Shown here piece after piece: positions 1 to 36,059 of a DNA stretch of 64,000 nucleotides. Position 1 is the stretch's first letter. Every line of letters begins with the position of its first letter. The notes under the pieces were generated by a model, which ran no database searches, had not been told where the DNA came from, and saw only the letters and a list, made by a program, of their open reading frames with translations. This DNA is from Amoebidium appalachense (taxonomy: Eukaryota > Protista > Ichthyosporea): positions 9,359,962 to 9,423,961 of the forward strand of contig CAVNZM010000007.1 in NCBI GenBank assembly GCA_963693365.1. The letters run 5' to 3'. Made by a program: the position numbers and the translations under genes.

Positions 1-124
1 TCTCGGTCCCCACCAGGGCCACCGCACCTAATGCACACCAGTCCTATTGCACAGCACCCACCCACCCAACCTGCCATCTCATTCCAAGCTCTCACTCACT
101 CAAGCACTCCCCACTACTCACACG

Positions 125-3215
<3,091 letters not shown>

Positions 3216-5007
3216 ATATACAGTGTAATGGATATACACGGTGGTGGGCAGTATCTCACAGGTGCAATAGATACACGGAGGATGAGATACCTGAGACTGG
3301 TCCTCGTAGATAGTGGTTGGATTTGAGGTCGGTGGGTGGATTAAAGGTGCCTGAATAAGGTTAAGAAGTTTGTATGCGAAAATGAAAAGCTCATGATTGG
3401 TGTAAGCACTTACGGTAGTATGACGGACATATTTTTTTTATTTTTTGGGGGCCTTTTTTTCGTGTGTATAATGAATCGGCATACGAGTGACTCCAGTCAA
3501 AGGCGTGCTCTTTTTTGTTTTGTTTTGTTTCCTGGCCCCTTTGTATTCCTTTTCCTGACCTAATAATAGCTATTTGGTTGTTTTCTTTGTAGTTTGCATC
3601 ACACCATAGCCATAGCACCACACCGCGTCACACGTGGTTCCAGCCGATCACAATTGGTTACTGCTGTCAGCCAGCGGACAGCAAAATAAATCCCATTCAG
3701 TACACGGACCTTGAAATCCTTCCCCCCCCCCCCCCACCCCCTCCCCCCCTTCTCCTCCCCCCTTTCCCCTGCGGGGGAAACTCCATGTGTGTGTGTGTGC
3801 TGTGTAGTCCAACATGCGATGTCGACATTGTTGTGAATGGAGTGAGTGTGCACGTCTTACTGGATCTGTGGACGTGTTGGTTTCGGTGTGTGGTGTCCGC
3901 GACGTAGGGGTGGGTGTGGATGGTGTGGTTTGTGTGTGTGTTTGTACGTATATAAGTGTTGGACGTGAGCTTGTGCGGTGGTGGTGGTGGTGGTGGTTGT
4001 GTGGGGGGGGGGGGGGGGGGGGGGGGGGGGCTGCAGAGGAGACCAGGGGGGGTGCGATTCGTACGTGTGGTGGTGGTGGTGGTTGGTTGTTTGTTGGTGG
4101 GGGGGGAGGGGGGGGGGCTAGGCTGCACATGAAGTCACTATGTATTGATTGAATTATGTACATAACGTTACTACTTTGCACACACATCGTTTACCCATAC
4201 GGATACATACCGGCATTAACACACCAGTCGATCCATGATCATCGATCAGGACCTGGTGACATATAAATATATGTATATGTAAAATTTGTAGAATTTATAA
4301 AAAAAATAGAAATATCGCTTTCTTCCTTTCGTGATATTTGCATGCTTAGTCAAGAGCACCCTGATACCTACAATATTAGACATGTTCCATAAATACACAT
4401 TCGAAGCAAAACATGTGAGCTAATCATACCCCACATGATCAAGGGACTCTGAGGTTGCGCATACCACGTTCATACGATATCGGTTGGTAAGACCACGGTC
4501 TATGGCGAAGCTAAAAGAAACGAGTATATACATTCATTCGTGCATGTGAGGGCAGCTTCAAGTATTTGATACAAGGTAACAGGCATGGTTACAATTCAGG
4601 TAAGGAAACTAAATATCAGGTGTAGACAAACGTACAAATTAAGGAAACGAGGTCTCGGGTGTAGATGCAGGGAAGGAATATATCACGCGGCTAGGCGAAC
4701 CAACCATTGGATGTGTGTGCATATATCATACACAGTGTGATCTGTACATGTGTGTGTATGCAGTGTGTTCTGTGTATGTGTGTGTATACACTGTGTTCTT
4801 TGTGCGTGTGCATGACTGGGATATCCGCATATGCAGAAGTGTGCACGTGTACTGTTTTGCGTCATCGCGTCACATATACACCTTTTTAAAAGGAGAACAT
4901 TGTTTGCGGAGGGCGGGGTGGTTTCCGCTGGGAGGGAAGGGTGAAACGAACACCTGGGGCGGGGAGGGGGGGGGGGGGGAGGGGGGGGGGGGGGCAGGGG
5001 GGGGTCT

Positions 5008-16793
<11,786 letters not shown>

Positions 16794-17769
16794 CTCGCTG
16801 TTAGTTGCTCCAGCGTTACTTACAAGACGCAATTTAGGCGTATGTCATCAACAATGTGGTGTGTCTTCTATTCCTCCCAACCTCCACATTTTTGCACAAA
16901 AACTATACACAACATCGCCTCTTTCTTCAGCCACTTAACACAACTGCCAAGAGGACTGCCAAGTTCAACAAGTGTGTGAATTCCTGTGAAACCGCGTGCT
17001 GAAACATAAAAAAGCACAGTGTGCAATGATTGGCCGATACGCCCGCCCTTTTGGTGCGTTGTTCGCCAATCAATATCGATTAGCTGTGGAATGTGGCCCA
17101 TGGAATGTATACGTTTGGCCAGGGGGCCTGGCACTCAGTGGCCCAGGCAGCCTGTGTAGGCAAGGCTACGTGTGCTGTAGAATGTGTGTGTGCAATAGAT
17201 TCTGCATATGAACGCGTAAACAGAGGAGTTTTTTTTCTTCCTTAATTCTGAATTGGTCGAAGGGGGGGAAGGATGGAGGGCGGGAGAGGACGGGGACGTC
17301 TCAGACAAACAGTTTGTCGAATCATGATTTGATTGGTGGACCTAAATCCCAGCTTACGTAATCAACTGGCGCCGCCAAAGTTTCACAATGCACGTGGGAG
17401 CGCCGTGTGTGTACAGTGTGATCATGACTTTGTGTGCCGGTGTGCACACGTGTGTCCACTTGAATCATTTGAGCTGCAATGCTACTGTTGCGACCCAAAT
17501 AATGTGCACTCGAACAAACTGCGACCAAGTTTGAGCGGGATCCGGTCTACCGTTGATAACGAGTAGCCATAAGCACTAATTCGTTTTTGTAGAATAGAAC
17601 CCGCTCCCACGATTACAAAGGTCATCTTTTGTATCCCTTACATACTGCCTTTTATGTGTGTGGGGTGGTATCTTTACGTCAAGTCATTTTCACCATTTTC
17701 CATCACATTATCAGTCGCCACCTTGCTAACTGAACATCGGGTTTCCATACGACTGTTTCACACATCACT
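16794..17769. promoter_or_regulatory. Probable bidirectional promoter/5'UTR region between head-to-head genes
   Basis: About 1 kb, nearly free of microsatellites, between divergent ATGs at 16793 (-) and 17770 (+). Contains CCAAT/ATTGG motifs. Function is inferred from geometry. Confidence 0.5.
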
Positions 17770-18121
17770 ATGGCACCCTCGATACCCCCTTCCGGGGCCT
17801 GCACCCTAACCCCAACCCCAGATCTGAGTGAGGGTATGCGTTTGCACCAGGCAGCACTGAAGGAAAAAGACAAGGCACTGCGCCAAGAAAAGGTAAAACT
17901 GCGCGCCTCGGAGGAGGAAGGCCCTTCCATGTTGCTGTTAGCTGGTGGTGCGTCGTGACTTGCTTCTATCAGTTTGTTACTTGCTAAGTTGTGATTTGCA
18001 CCGACACAGAGCTCCGCTTTGTACATGTGCTTCATTGTTAGCCTTCTGATAGCGTAGCCAAGGGATGGCAAGGTCCTCCCCTTCCCCCCCCCTTCCCCCC
18101 CTCTCCCCCCCCTTCCCCCCC

Positions 18122-18152
<31 letters not shown>

Positions 18153-18819
18153 ACACCCACCCGCATGGCCCTTCCCTCCGCCCTCTCCTCTGTTAGTTCG
18201 CTCCACATCTAACATTTCTTCTTTCCTATACACAATTTTCCTACCTGTAGCATGCCCTTATTTACCCGTTCTTTCCCCTCTTCTAGCTCAGACAGGCACT
18301 CTCGCACTACCGCTCAGCTGTGGCCACGCACCCCACCGACCCCAAAGCCCTCCAGTACCTTGGGGCCCTCCTTGTGCAGTTAAAGATTCCAGCAAGCACC
18401 AGTGAGGGAATAGACTGCCTTATTAGGGCACTGCTGCTGCTGCCCCAGTCACCTATACTGCACAATGCATTGGGTGGGTGACCATGTGGGCTTGCCTGCG
18501 TGGAGGAGGGTGGAGGGTCGGGGATTTGAGGGTGGATAGTGGAGAGAGGGGAAGTGTGGGGGAAGGGGGGGGGGGGGTTGTGGGGGAGGGCGGGGGAGAG
18601 GGGGGGGGGCTTGTATGGTGTCAACACGTCACTTGGCCAAAACTGTTCATCCTTGGGGGCCCTCCATATTTGTCAACTCTTTGCAACAAACGAAAGGATG
18701 CTCACAATATTGCTCTCCCGCCATCCCCCTCCCCCCCTCCCCCTTTTCCCTACTGCCACCATAACCACTACGCACATAGATCCCAACAAACCCCAGCACC
18801 CTCCCGTTTAAACTCGCAT

Positions 18820-18909
<90 letters not shown>

Positions 18910-18922
18910 ACACACACACCCA

Positions 18923-18967
<45 letters not shown>

Positions 18968-20166
18968 CACCCACACAATGACGTTCCCCTCTCTTCTTTC
19001 ACACCTCCCCTCCTCTTCCCTTCGGTTCCTTCCATTTTCTTACTTGACTTCTCCACCTTTACTGTTGAACTCACTCTTCCTTCCCGCAGTTTATCTATGC
19101 TTCATCTCACCAAACCCCTTCCATGTTTTGTTGGCTATTGAATATTCCTCCATATGGTATAATCTAATGACATGACATGGGGATTGGCAGGTGTGGCACT
19201 CGAACAGCAGGGTAACCACGAGCGGGCACTTACATCATACCAAAAAGCATCCGACCTAGACCAATTAAATCCTGCCTTTATTTTTAATGCTGCAAACCTA
19301 TTGGACCAGAAGTTAAAGCAGCCGCTGGACGCGGAGGCACTCTATAGGAAGGTTATCACACTCGACCCCCGGCACCCAAAGGTGGGTCGCTGAGTCCTTT
19401 GATAACATGATAGGTGGTGGTGGTTGGGTAATCGTTTGTAACCCTGCACCGTACGTGCCTGGCATGGCCACGCTGAAAATGGGAGGGGTAGGGGAAGGGG
19501 GATGTGGAATGGGGAAGAGAGTGAGAGAAGGAGTTAGAAAGGAAGACTGTGTGTGTGTGTTGGGGGGGGGGGAGGGGGTAGGGTTTGGTTGTGGTTTGTG
19601 ATGTTGGTGTTCGGGGGGAGGGGGGGGGGAGAGGGGGCTAATCTGAGGGGGGGGGGGGGGGGGCACGCGGAGGGGATAGGCGGAGCTGTATACGGAGGGG
19701 CCGAGGCGGAGCAAGATGCTATTGCCCCCCCCCCCCCCCCCCCCCCCCTCTCCCCCCCCCCCCCCCCCCCCCCCTACCGGGCATGGTTGCTCTGTGTCGT
19801 GCATCTGTAAGCACATACACATTTTTCGCTGCACTGCTTTAGTTTGCACACACATCTTCACCGTTCTGCTCACCTTGCTTGCATAAGCAACCCTGCTCGT
19901 CTTTGATCAAGACGGGTTGACCCTCCCAAGTTCAGTTGATGCTGCTGTCTGAGTTGGAGAGTCGTATATACGCGGGCTAAGGGGTCGAAACTCAGACACA
20001 ATTGATGACTTGGGCCCTCCCTGAGGATGGGCTCTGCTTATGATGCATACTGTGCGCATGGCTGATGTTGCATACTTGAATGTTTGCCTTTGCATGTGTC
20101 CTGCACCATGCTTCTCATCGTGTATGCGTACTTCGTACCGTGTTCCGCATTCAAACCCCCCTCCCC

Positions 20167-20197
<31 letters not shown>

Positions 20198-21711
20198 AAA
20201 AAAAAAAAAGAACGACCCCATCGACACATTTCTGCATTTCATCCCCCCCCCACCCCCTCTTATCACCCCCTCCCCACCCATATCCCCATGCCATGCATTT
20301 TTTCCTGCCTGGTCACCTCAAGGCATGTCCACACACCGCACCATTTGTGCTGTTTGCAGACACGTGCACGAGCTAGGTCTTATAACACACATGTGCCCAC
20401 CCCACACAGGCACACAGGCGCCTAGGTATGATCTGCAAATCATCCAACCGATATGCCGAAGCAGCGGAATGCTTCCGCCGCCATCTAGAAATCGAGCCGG
20501 GTAAGCCCTCGGTGCTTCACTGGCTGGCGGTGGTGACGGGGGAGACTACAGCGTGTGCACCTGCACAGTATGTGGCCGGGCTATTTGATGGCTATGCGGA
20601 TAAATTCGACCAGCATTTACAGGCGGATCTAGAATACCGCACACCCAGTGTGCTCAAAGAGGCGGTGTTTAGGGCTGCAAAAGTGAGCAGTAATGAGGTG
20701 AGTTAATTACTATGAGTGTTCGAATGAATGTGTTGTTTGTGGTGTTGATGAGGTGGGGGGGGGGGGGGGGGGGGGGGGGGTGGCACGGGAGTGTGGGCGT
20801 GGGTGTGGAGGGCAAAGGAATAAGGGGTGTTTACCTGGATCACGGTGTGACAAGGGGTTGTGGTTGGTGAGGGGGGGGGGATGGGGGGGGGGGGGGAGGG
20901 GGAAGGGGAGGAGGAGGGAGAGCAGGGAGGGGAGGGGACGGGAAGAGAGAGGGGGGGGGGGGGGGGGAGAGCAGGGAGAAGTGGGGGGCAGAGAGGAGGG
21001 GGAGGGGGAGAGAGAGCACAGGGAGGGAGGGGGGAAGGGGGGATCGATGGATCCTACTATAGTATAAAAGGGCAGGGGTCACTTTGAACGAAGAAAGTGC
21101 TGCACGTTCTTCGATTGGTTCTCCCTCCCTCCCTCCCTCCTTCCCTCCCATCTCCTTTTGACTTTTTCTTACTTTTCCCTTTTTTTTTTTATTAGTTTAT
21201 TTTTTTTTTTTTTTTTTTTTTTGGGGGGGGGGGGGATCTTCTACTTGGAGCATAGTCTCACATAGACCACTGCAGGCACCGAGGCAATTTTGGGCCCGTG
21301 GGGTGGACCTGGGCTGCGGCACAGGGCTGAGTGGGGCAGTGTTTGGGGGGTGGGCGGGGGCTATGGAGGGGGTAGACCTGTCGGCACAGATGGTGGCAAG
21401 GGCACGTGCAAAGGGGCTGTATGCGAGACTGGAGGTGAATGATATAGTGGCTTATCTGCTAAAAGTCATGGTGAGTGAGTGGGTGGGTGGGTGTGTGTGG
21501 GTGGGTGGGTGGGTAGGGAGGGGGGGAGGGGGGGGGGAGATGGGTGGTGGTGGTGGTGTGTGGGTGGCTGGGTGGGTGGGTTGGGGGGAGGGGGTGGGTC
21601 TCGTCTGGGTGGGAATGGGCGGGGGGAGGGGGAATGGGGGGGGGGGGAGGGAGGGTCTTGTACTTGGTTCTGTGTGTGTATTGGTTTATTTGTTCCTTTT
21701 CAGGTTTTTTT

Positions 21712-21742
<31 letters not shown>

Positions 21743-21978
21743 GGGGGGGCAATGATTGTGTGAAGAGGGCAGGAGTGTGTAAGTGTGTGGGTTGAAGGAT
21801 TGGTTTGCGTAAGGTTTGTGGGGTATTGCAGGGACGGATGACTGTGTGAAGGAGTGTTCTCTGTGGGCATGTGGGGTGGAGATGTGTTTGGCAACGGGGA
21901 GGGCTGGGTTAGCTGTGGTTGTGTCGGGGGGTGGGTGGGAGGTGTGTATGGGTGGTGGCAGTGAATGTTTGGAGAATA

Positions 21979-22016
<38 letters not shown>

Positions 22017-22796
22017 TCGAGAAAATGGGTACCGAGGGGGGAGAAAGGGGGGTGGGTGGGGAGGGGGGATAAAGCATACAAGACCAAGAAACAAGTCTTG
22101 TGGGGTTACGGGTCCATTAGCATCTATTTTATGGGTTAGAAAGCGGAGGGGGGGGGGAGCATAGTGGAGGTTGATTAATATTGATGTAAACTTCCAAGTG
22201 CACCTGCCGGGGGTATGTGGTGTGTAAGATGATTGGTGGGTAAGTCACTTATCTGTGTGTGTTTTGAAATGTGTTCTCTGTGGATGCATGGTAGTGTCCG
22301 TGTGCAGGTGGGCGGTTGTGGGCCTCGTGTGCATGCGGCCTTTTGTGTGTGTGTGTGTGCTGAATATTTAGTTGTGTGTATGTTGAAAAGGGAGAAAGTG
22401 TGATACATACATGCTATAGAAGCTGAACGGGGGCCCAATTTGATACAGGAAGAAGAAAGCCAACGGCCCCCGTATGATCTCGTCGTGTCGGCAGATGTGT
22501 TTGTCTATATTGGTGACCTGTCTCCCGTGTTTTCAGCTGTGGCGCAGAGTACGAAAAACGGCTCAATTTTCGGGTTTTCTACCGAGGCTCTTGAAAAAAC
22601 GAATTCGGAGGATTTGATCGACCCTAAGGGGAGCAGGACAGGTTACAGACTGCTACAGAGCGGAAGATATGCACACAGGTGGGTAGAGATTTGGGGTTCA
22701 TCGATGAGAAGTGTGGATGGGTGTGATGAGATTGTGTCACCGAACTTTTGGATGGTGTTGTTGTGGGTGTGGGTGTGGAGATTTTTTTTTTTTTTT

Positions 22797-22827
<31 letters not shown>

Positions 22828-23129
22828 GGGGGGGAAGGGAGGGGAGGAGGGAATGTACTATGGAGGATTTAAAGTTTGTAAGAATGTGTAAAGTGAAGGA
22901 GCGGTGTGGATAGATTGATTGGCAGTCGAGTGGGTATAGTGTTCATTTTGTTTCTTTGTAGATGAATGTGTGTAGGGCTGTGGAATGGTTGGGTGGGTGA
23001 ATGGGCCTATCTCTGTTTTGGGGCGGGGGACACACAAACACGAATGTATATGTCTGCACTCCCTCCATCTCCCCTCCTCCCTCCTATCCCTCCCTGCCCG
23101 TCCCCTCCCTTCCCCTCATCCAACACACG

Positions 23130-23172
<43 letters not shown>

Positions 23173-23685
23173 ACCTCAGACCACCACCCATCCACATTTG
23201 TTTTTATTGTCAATGTGACATGGTGTGTACTTTGTCCATTTCAATCTTCCGATTTCTGACCTACCCCCTACAGTCGGTCGTACCTTGAGCAGCTAGCAGT
23301 CAGCCACGGCTTTAGCGTGGTGTCGGTCCAGGCATCGGTCCTGAGGATGAACAACGGTAGGGTACCCCCCCCCGTCCCCCCCCCCCCCCCCCCTCCCTCA
23401 CCCCCTCCCCTTCCCCAAACACCCACCCACCACGACCACCACCCGCCCACACACTCCCCCCTCCCCCCCTTCCATATCATCCACAGTGTGAGCCAATCAG
23501 TAAGAAACAAACGGTGTTATGTAATACTAGATTAGGGTTAAATGTGGAAGGTCAGTTTGTCCGTGCACTAGCAGATACACCTTGACCACACCACACGACA
23601 CACGCTGGCGTGTTGGTGTGTTCTTTGTGCGCATGCGTATGTGTAAACACACACACACACCCACATACAGGCTAGCACACACACA

Positions 23686-23733
<48 letters not shown>

Positions 23734-23914
23734 CTTCCACATACACACACGCGCGCACAATGTATGTCCCTAACACTGCCGAAACACCACATCTGCACAC
23801 TCCTTCACTCTTGTATGTTTGCAACAGGCTGCTTACACGTTTCTTTGCTATCGTGCAGGCCACCCCATTCACGGGCACGTATGTGTTTTTCAGCGCCAAC
23901 GAGACGATGCATGA
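17770..23914 (+). CDS. TPR-repeat-containing class I SAM-dependent methyltransferase (COG4976-like)
   Basis: Exons 17770-17892, 18287-18473, 19191-19381, 20410-20697 (alternative donor 20682), 21276-21470, 22449-22678, 23274-23356, 23859-23914 are phase-consistent and GT-AG. TPR helices are followed by YVAGLFDGYADKFDQHL..LEYRTP, DLGCGTGL, GVDLS, DLVVSADVFVYIGDL, FSTE and SGRYAHS. Confidence 0.9.
19776..20160 (+). mobile_element. Repeat family copy E (same subfamily as A), inserted between poly(C) tracts
   Basis: Reverse-complement match to 6296-6679; lies in intron 3 of the methyltransferase gene, in sense orientation. Confidence 0.9.
19882..20042 (+). ncRNA. Putative rearranged hammerhead ribozyme, copy E
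   Basis: Outer stem 19882-19889/20035-20042; hairpin 19896-19903/19909-19916; GACCC 19919-19923/GGGUC 19982-19986; 19925-19938/19999-20014; stem III 19947-19954/19990-19997; GUU 19953-19955; stem I 19956-19959/20017-20020; GAAA 19987-19990; CUGAGGA 20021-20027. Confidence 0.7.
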
Positions 23915-25240
23915 AATTACGGTCACCCCATTCCGACAAGAGGACATTGTTCTTTGGTTGGCCTGCAATGTGTCAGTGCGTGTGGAACGTAGGTATATTT
24001 GAATGTATTTTTTCTTTGAAGGCCATTAGGTTATGCACACCATTGAATGAGTATATTTTCAGACATACATGCACGAAAAACTGAAACGTTGCATAATGGA
24101 CATCAACAAGCATCATTTGATTAAAAGCTCAGAAGCAAACAACAACTAACTGCAATCATGCATGCTTTCAACAAACACAAGTGGCAGCCGCCCTAGCTGT
24201 GTGCTCACAGCTCTACCAATTTAACATACAATGTACGGCACATTGCCAATGATAGATATATCACCCATAGGTAGTACCACATGCACATGTTTTAACAGTG
24301 AATGCGAAGGTGTATAGAACACACCACTACAGTGGTAACCATAATCAATATTGTCACTCGAGGATCCCAACCCCCCTTTCCCATCTCACACTGCCCACCA
24401 CGGCGCCAACGGCAATATTGGACGTGTGAGGTCTCGCATGTTTAACAGCTGCCCGTGTGGCATTATGACACCTACGTGTACATCCTCCTGTGTGCATGAA
24501 GTGCAATATGACGTTTTGCAACATGCATTTTGCGTCGTTGATAATAGCACTTATACTGGTTACTACTACATGCGCTTATGCCACCAAGATTTCTGTGGCC
24601 ATGTCAAGTCGTTTTGGGTGTGTGCGCACGTGTACACGTGGGTATGTGCGAGCGGCTTGTGTGCGGATGTGCGTGCGCGCACGTGTTTGTGCCTTGGGTG
24701 TGTATGTGTGTCTGAAGGGAACACGCCCTAATTGTGTACATGTGTGCGTGGGGGGCGGGAGGGGTCCCGGGTGGGTGAGGGGGGGCCTCCAGATCCGGCG
24801 ACGGCATCCTGAAACACTAGTTTCGGTACCGACGTATTTCAATGTATTTTCGATTTATTAGTGATGTATGGCCACCAGCTGCAGGCAGGGTAGTCCCCAC
24901 ATTTTCTTTTTAATACAGGCCCACCACTGGGCATAATATCAAAGAGGTGTTACCTGAACCCCAATAATGGCAAAACGTTGCTGGGACTGGGGGGGGGAAA
25001 CGTGTTGCTATTTACATTTGTAAGCAGGTACATGCCCAAAAAACAAACCCCTAAATGCCATGGAAAAATTGTTTGAAAAACGCACGTCTCTAACGGGTGC
25101 TCAAAATGAGACAAAAACGATGTGGGAGACTATCGGCTTGCATAAAAGCGCCTCATTTATTTGTGATGAATTTGTTCATTCGGTTAGATTCGGCAGGAAA
25201 AACCTTAAATCAATTTCGGGATAATGGAACGGTTACTTTA

Positions 25241-25286
<46 letters not shown>

Positions 25287-25389
25287 GTGTGTGTGCACGC
25301 GTGCGCAGGTGCGGGTCACGTGTGTGCACACACGCGAATGTGCATTTGAATATGTGTCTGCGAGGGGGGGGGGGGGGGAGGGAGGGCGG

Positions 25390-25421
<32 letters not shown>

Positions 25422-25675
25422 GCGGCGCGTGTGAGGCTGCAGGTGTATGTGTATGTGTGAGTGAATGTGTGTGTGTAGGTGCCCATATCCATGTTCACGT
25501 GCCTGTGGGTATGCATGCGTGCATGTGTGTGCTCGTGTTTTGACTGCAGTGCATGTGTAAACGAGCACATAGTTATGTGTGTGTGGGATGTCCCTTCACC
25601 GTAGCGCCCCCATAACATTCACATTTCGGACACAATCGAGCCTGCCTCGCATATATCACGTTAATTTCCATGCCA

Positions 25676-33880
<8,205 letters not shown>

Positions 33881-35558
33881 GCCGGAGAAGCGCCCTGGTA
33901 CAGAACAAAAGAAATTACACCCCTGAGTCCAGACTCAAAACAGGCAAATTTAAGTGCGCTTTGTGACGTCCAATAAGTGAAAGCGTATGACAGCCAACCC
34001 CTACTGGATCACTTTGATGGCGATAGTTTCATAAGGCTGGCAACATCACTCAGAATTTACAAAATAGTGTTCCTAAAATTTGCCACGTGAAGATCTCCCG
34101 CTGTTTGCTCCTTCATCCTCAAACTCGTGCCTGTTTATGTAGATGCTTATACACGTTGTGTATTAGCCAAGTGCAAACGGAGTCCCAAATAGAACCTTTG
34201 TGATTGAAGAGATCGTGAAGTTTGTGTGAAGACGACAGAACCAGCGCTAGCTGTGTGCTGAACGAACCCGGATCATTCCAAAATCTTCAAATTTGCGTAA
34301 CACGTGATGCGCTGTTATCCAATAGTACACCTTAGTGATCCACCTTATATAGACTCTCCCGGACTAACAAAGCGGCGAGCGCCATGACTTACATGCCAAA
34401 TATGGTTACTACAAATAGCCATCTGAGATAATACTTGCCGGTAGCTTCTTTTGGCCGCGGCCGCGGACGGCGAGATTAGCAGGGCCCGGTAGGGACCCCA
34501 TTTTTGTTTTTTTCTCTTAGACACTTGCGTCTGTCACCTGTAATAGATAAATATAAAGTACATTTTTATTATTATTGTCTTTTCAATGTTATTCTTTCCT
34601 TGGCAAATGCGTGAGGTTTCTCACGATATCCGCAAAATTCCCGGGAGAGCCTTGGTGATTCACAATGCCGGGTGAGCAGGGTAGGGATTACGAAAAAAAG
34701 TCGTCGTAATTACGATTACTCGGAGACCCCGATGCGAATAAGGTCAGGGTACCGTCGTAACAGCTTTCGTATCAGGTGTGTAGCATTATAAACGATTGAA
34801 TATGGTTCTCTATTTTTTTCAATATTTTGTTCAAGAACAGCACAAGAACATATCTACGGCGCTTCTCATGTGCAATATCGCCGTCCCGTTAAGTTTCCAG
34901 GGCTTGTAATCTTGCGGTACTCAATTTGTAATAACACGTATTTTGAGTTTTGCTACTGGAGGGGCGTTTTAGGCGGGGCTTGCAGCTCCCCAAGAACCCA
35001 CCTGTTGCGATTAAGAAATTGTCCGTTACGATTGGCCAAAGGGCGATATGGTTAAGCTGGCGAGCCCCAGCCCAACCCTGATGGTGAGGCAAGTTCAAGG
35101 GCCAATCGAAACGGTCTGCGCGATAGGAATTATCCGGTTTGACCATACGGGCAAGCGATTGGTCTACAGGAATCCGCTTTTGGTCATCGATGCGTTTTCT
35201 TGGCGGGCTGGCTCACCGATTCGTCTGTGTGGAATGCACAGGGCGGCTTTTTTGTTTCTTTTTGCCAAGTGCTTTGTTAATCTTCACGAACAACCCGCTG
35301 AATTGCTTGTGCTGTTTTGTCTACAGAAAAACAGAGGGAGTCGTTGCTGGAAAGCTCTTCTAAACAAATGTCTGCCGGATCTACATCACGTCTATGCTGG
35401 CTTAAACTGTTTATGTAAGTAATTGGAGAAGGACGTCGTAGTTTGAAGTACCCTAGCCTACGTATCCTGCCTGCTGTTTACTTTCCGAGGCTTACGGTAC
35501 AAAAAAAAGTTCGTTTCGACTGGCGAGAAGCCAAGGACGTGTGACTGCGTGCTACAAC

Positions 35559-36059
35559 ATGCGTTACCAAGCACGTAGGACGTGGCAGCGAGGAGGCTTT
35601 GGCCTGCACTCGGGCGGAGGGCAGGTGCAAAAGGGGGGCACCTCTGCCACGAGCATACAAGACACTGACCCGTTTGGGGCCCTTCAACACCTTGTTGCTG
35701 CCCGCTCAAACCCCGCAGCCGTATCCCTGGCACGGCAGCTAAACATCGATCTACCCGCAAACCCTCTTCCAACACCTGGTCGTGGGCTATTCTATTATCT
35801 ACGTCCACTGGTGCAGTGTGGCCTGGACACAGACGAAAACATAGCTCTTCTTTTTGGGTCAAAGGACTGGGTTCGCAAGACACACTGGGAGGTGCGCATG
35901 TCCTTCCTTATGCCCAACCAGGCCGTGACTACCTCGGTCGACAAATATTACACGGTACCGCCGTCGGTTCCCTTTATGCCACGCCCACCCTCGCGGGAGG
36001 AGCAGGAGGCCATTAGCCGGGTCCAGGAGCTTCAGCGTGTGTTGCAGAGTATGCAATGA
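35559..36059 (+). CDS. Hypothetical protein (166 aa from ATG 35559; possibly the last exon of a longer gene)
   Basis: Non-repetitive ORF with protein-like composition; the frame is open from about 35458. No family recognised. Confidence 0.45.
   Translation: MRYQARRTWQRGGFGLHSGGGQVQKGGTSATSIQDTDPFGALQHLVAARSNPAAVSLARQLNIDLPANPLPTPGRGLFYYLRPLVQCGLDTDENIALLFGSKDWVRKTHWEVRMSFLMPNQAVTTSVDKYYTVPPSVPFMPRPPSREEQEAISRVQELQRVLQSMQ

Noticed and set aside
23340-23349. CCTGAGGATG matching the repeat's core motif
   Set aside because: It lies in a coding exon (VLRM) with none of the flanking stems; a chance match.
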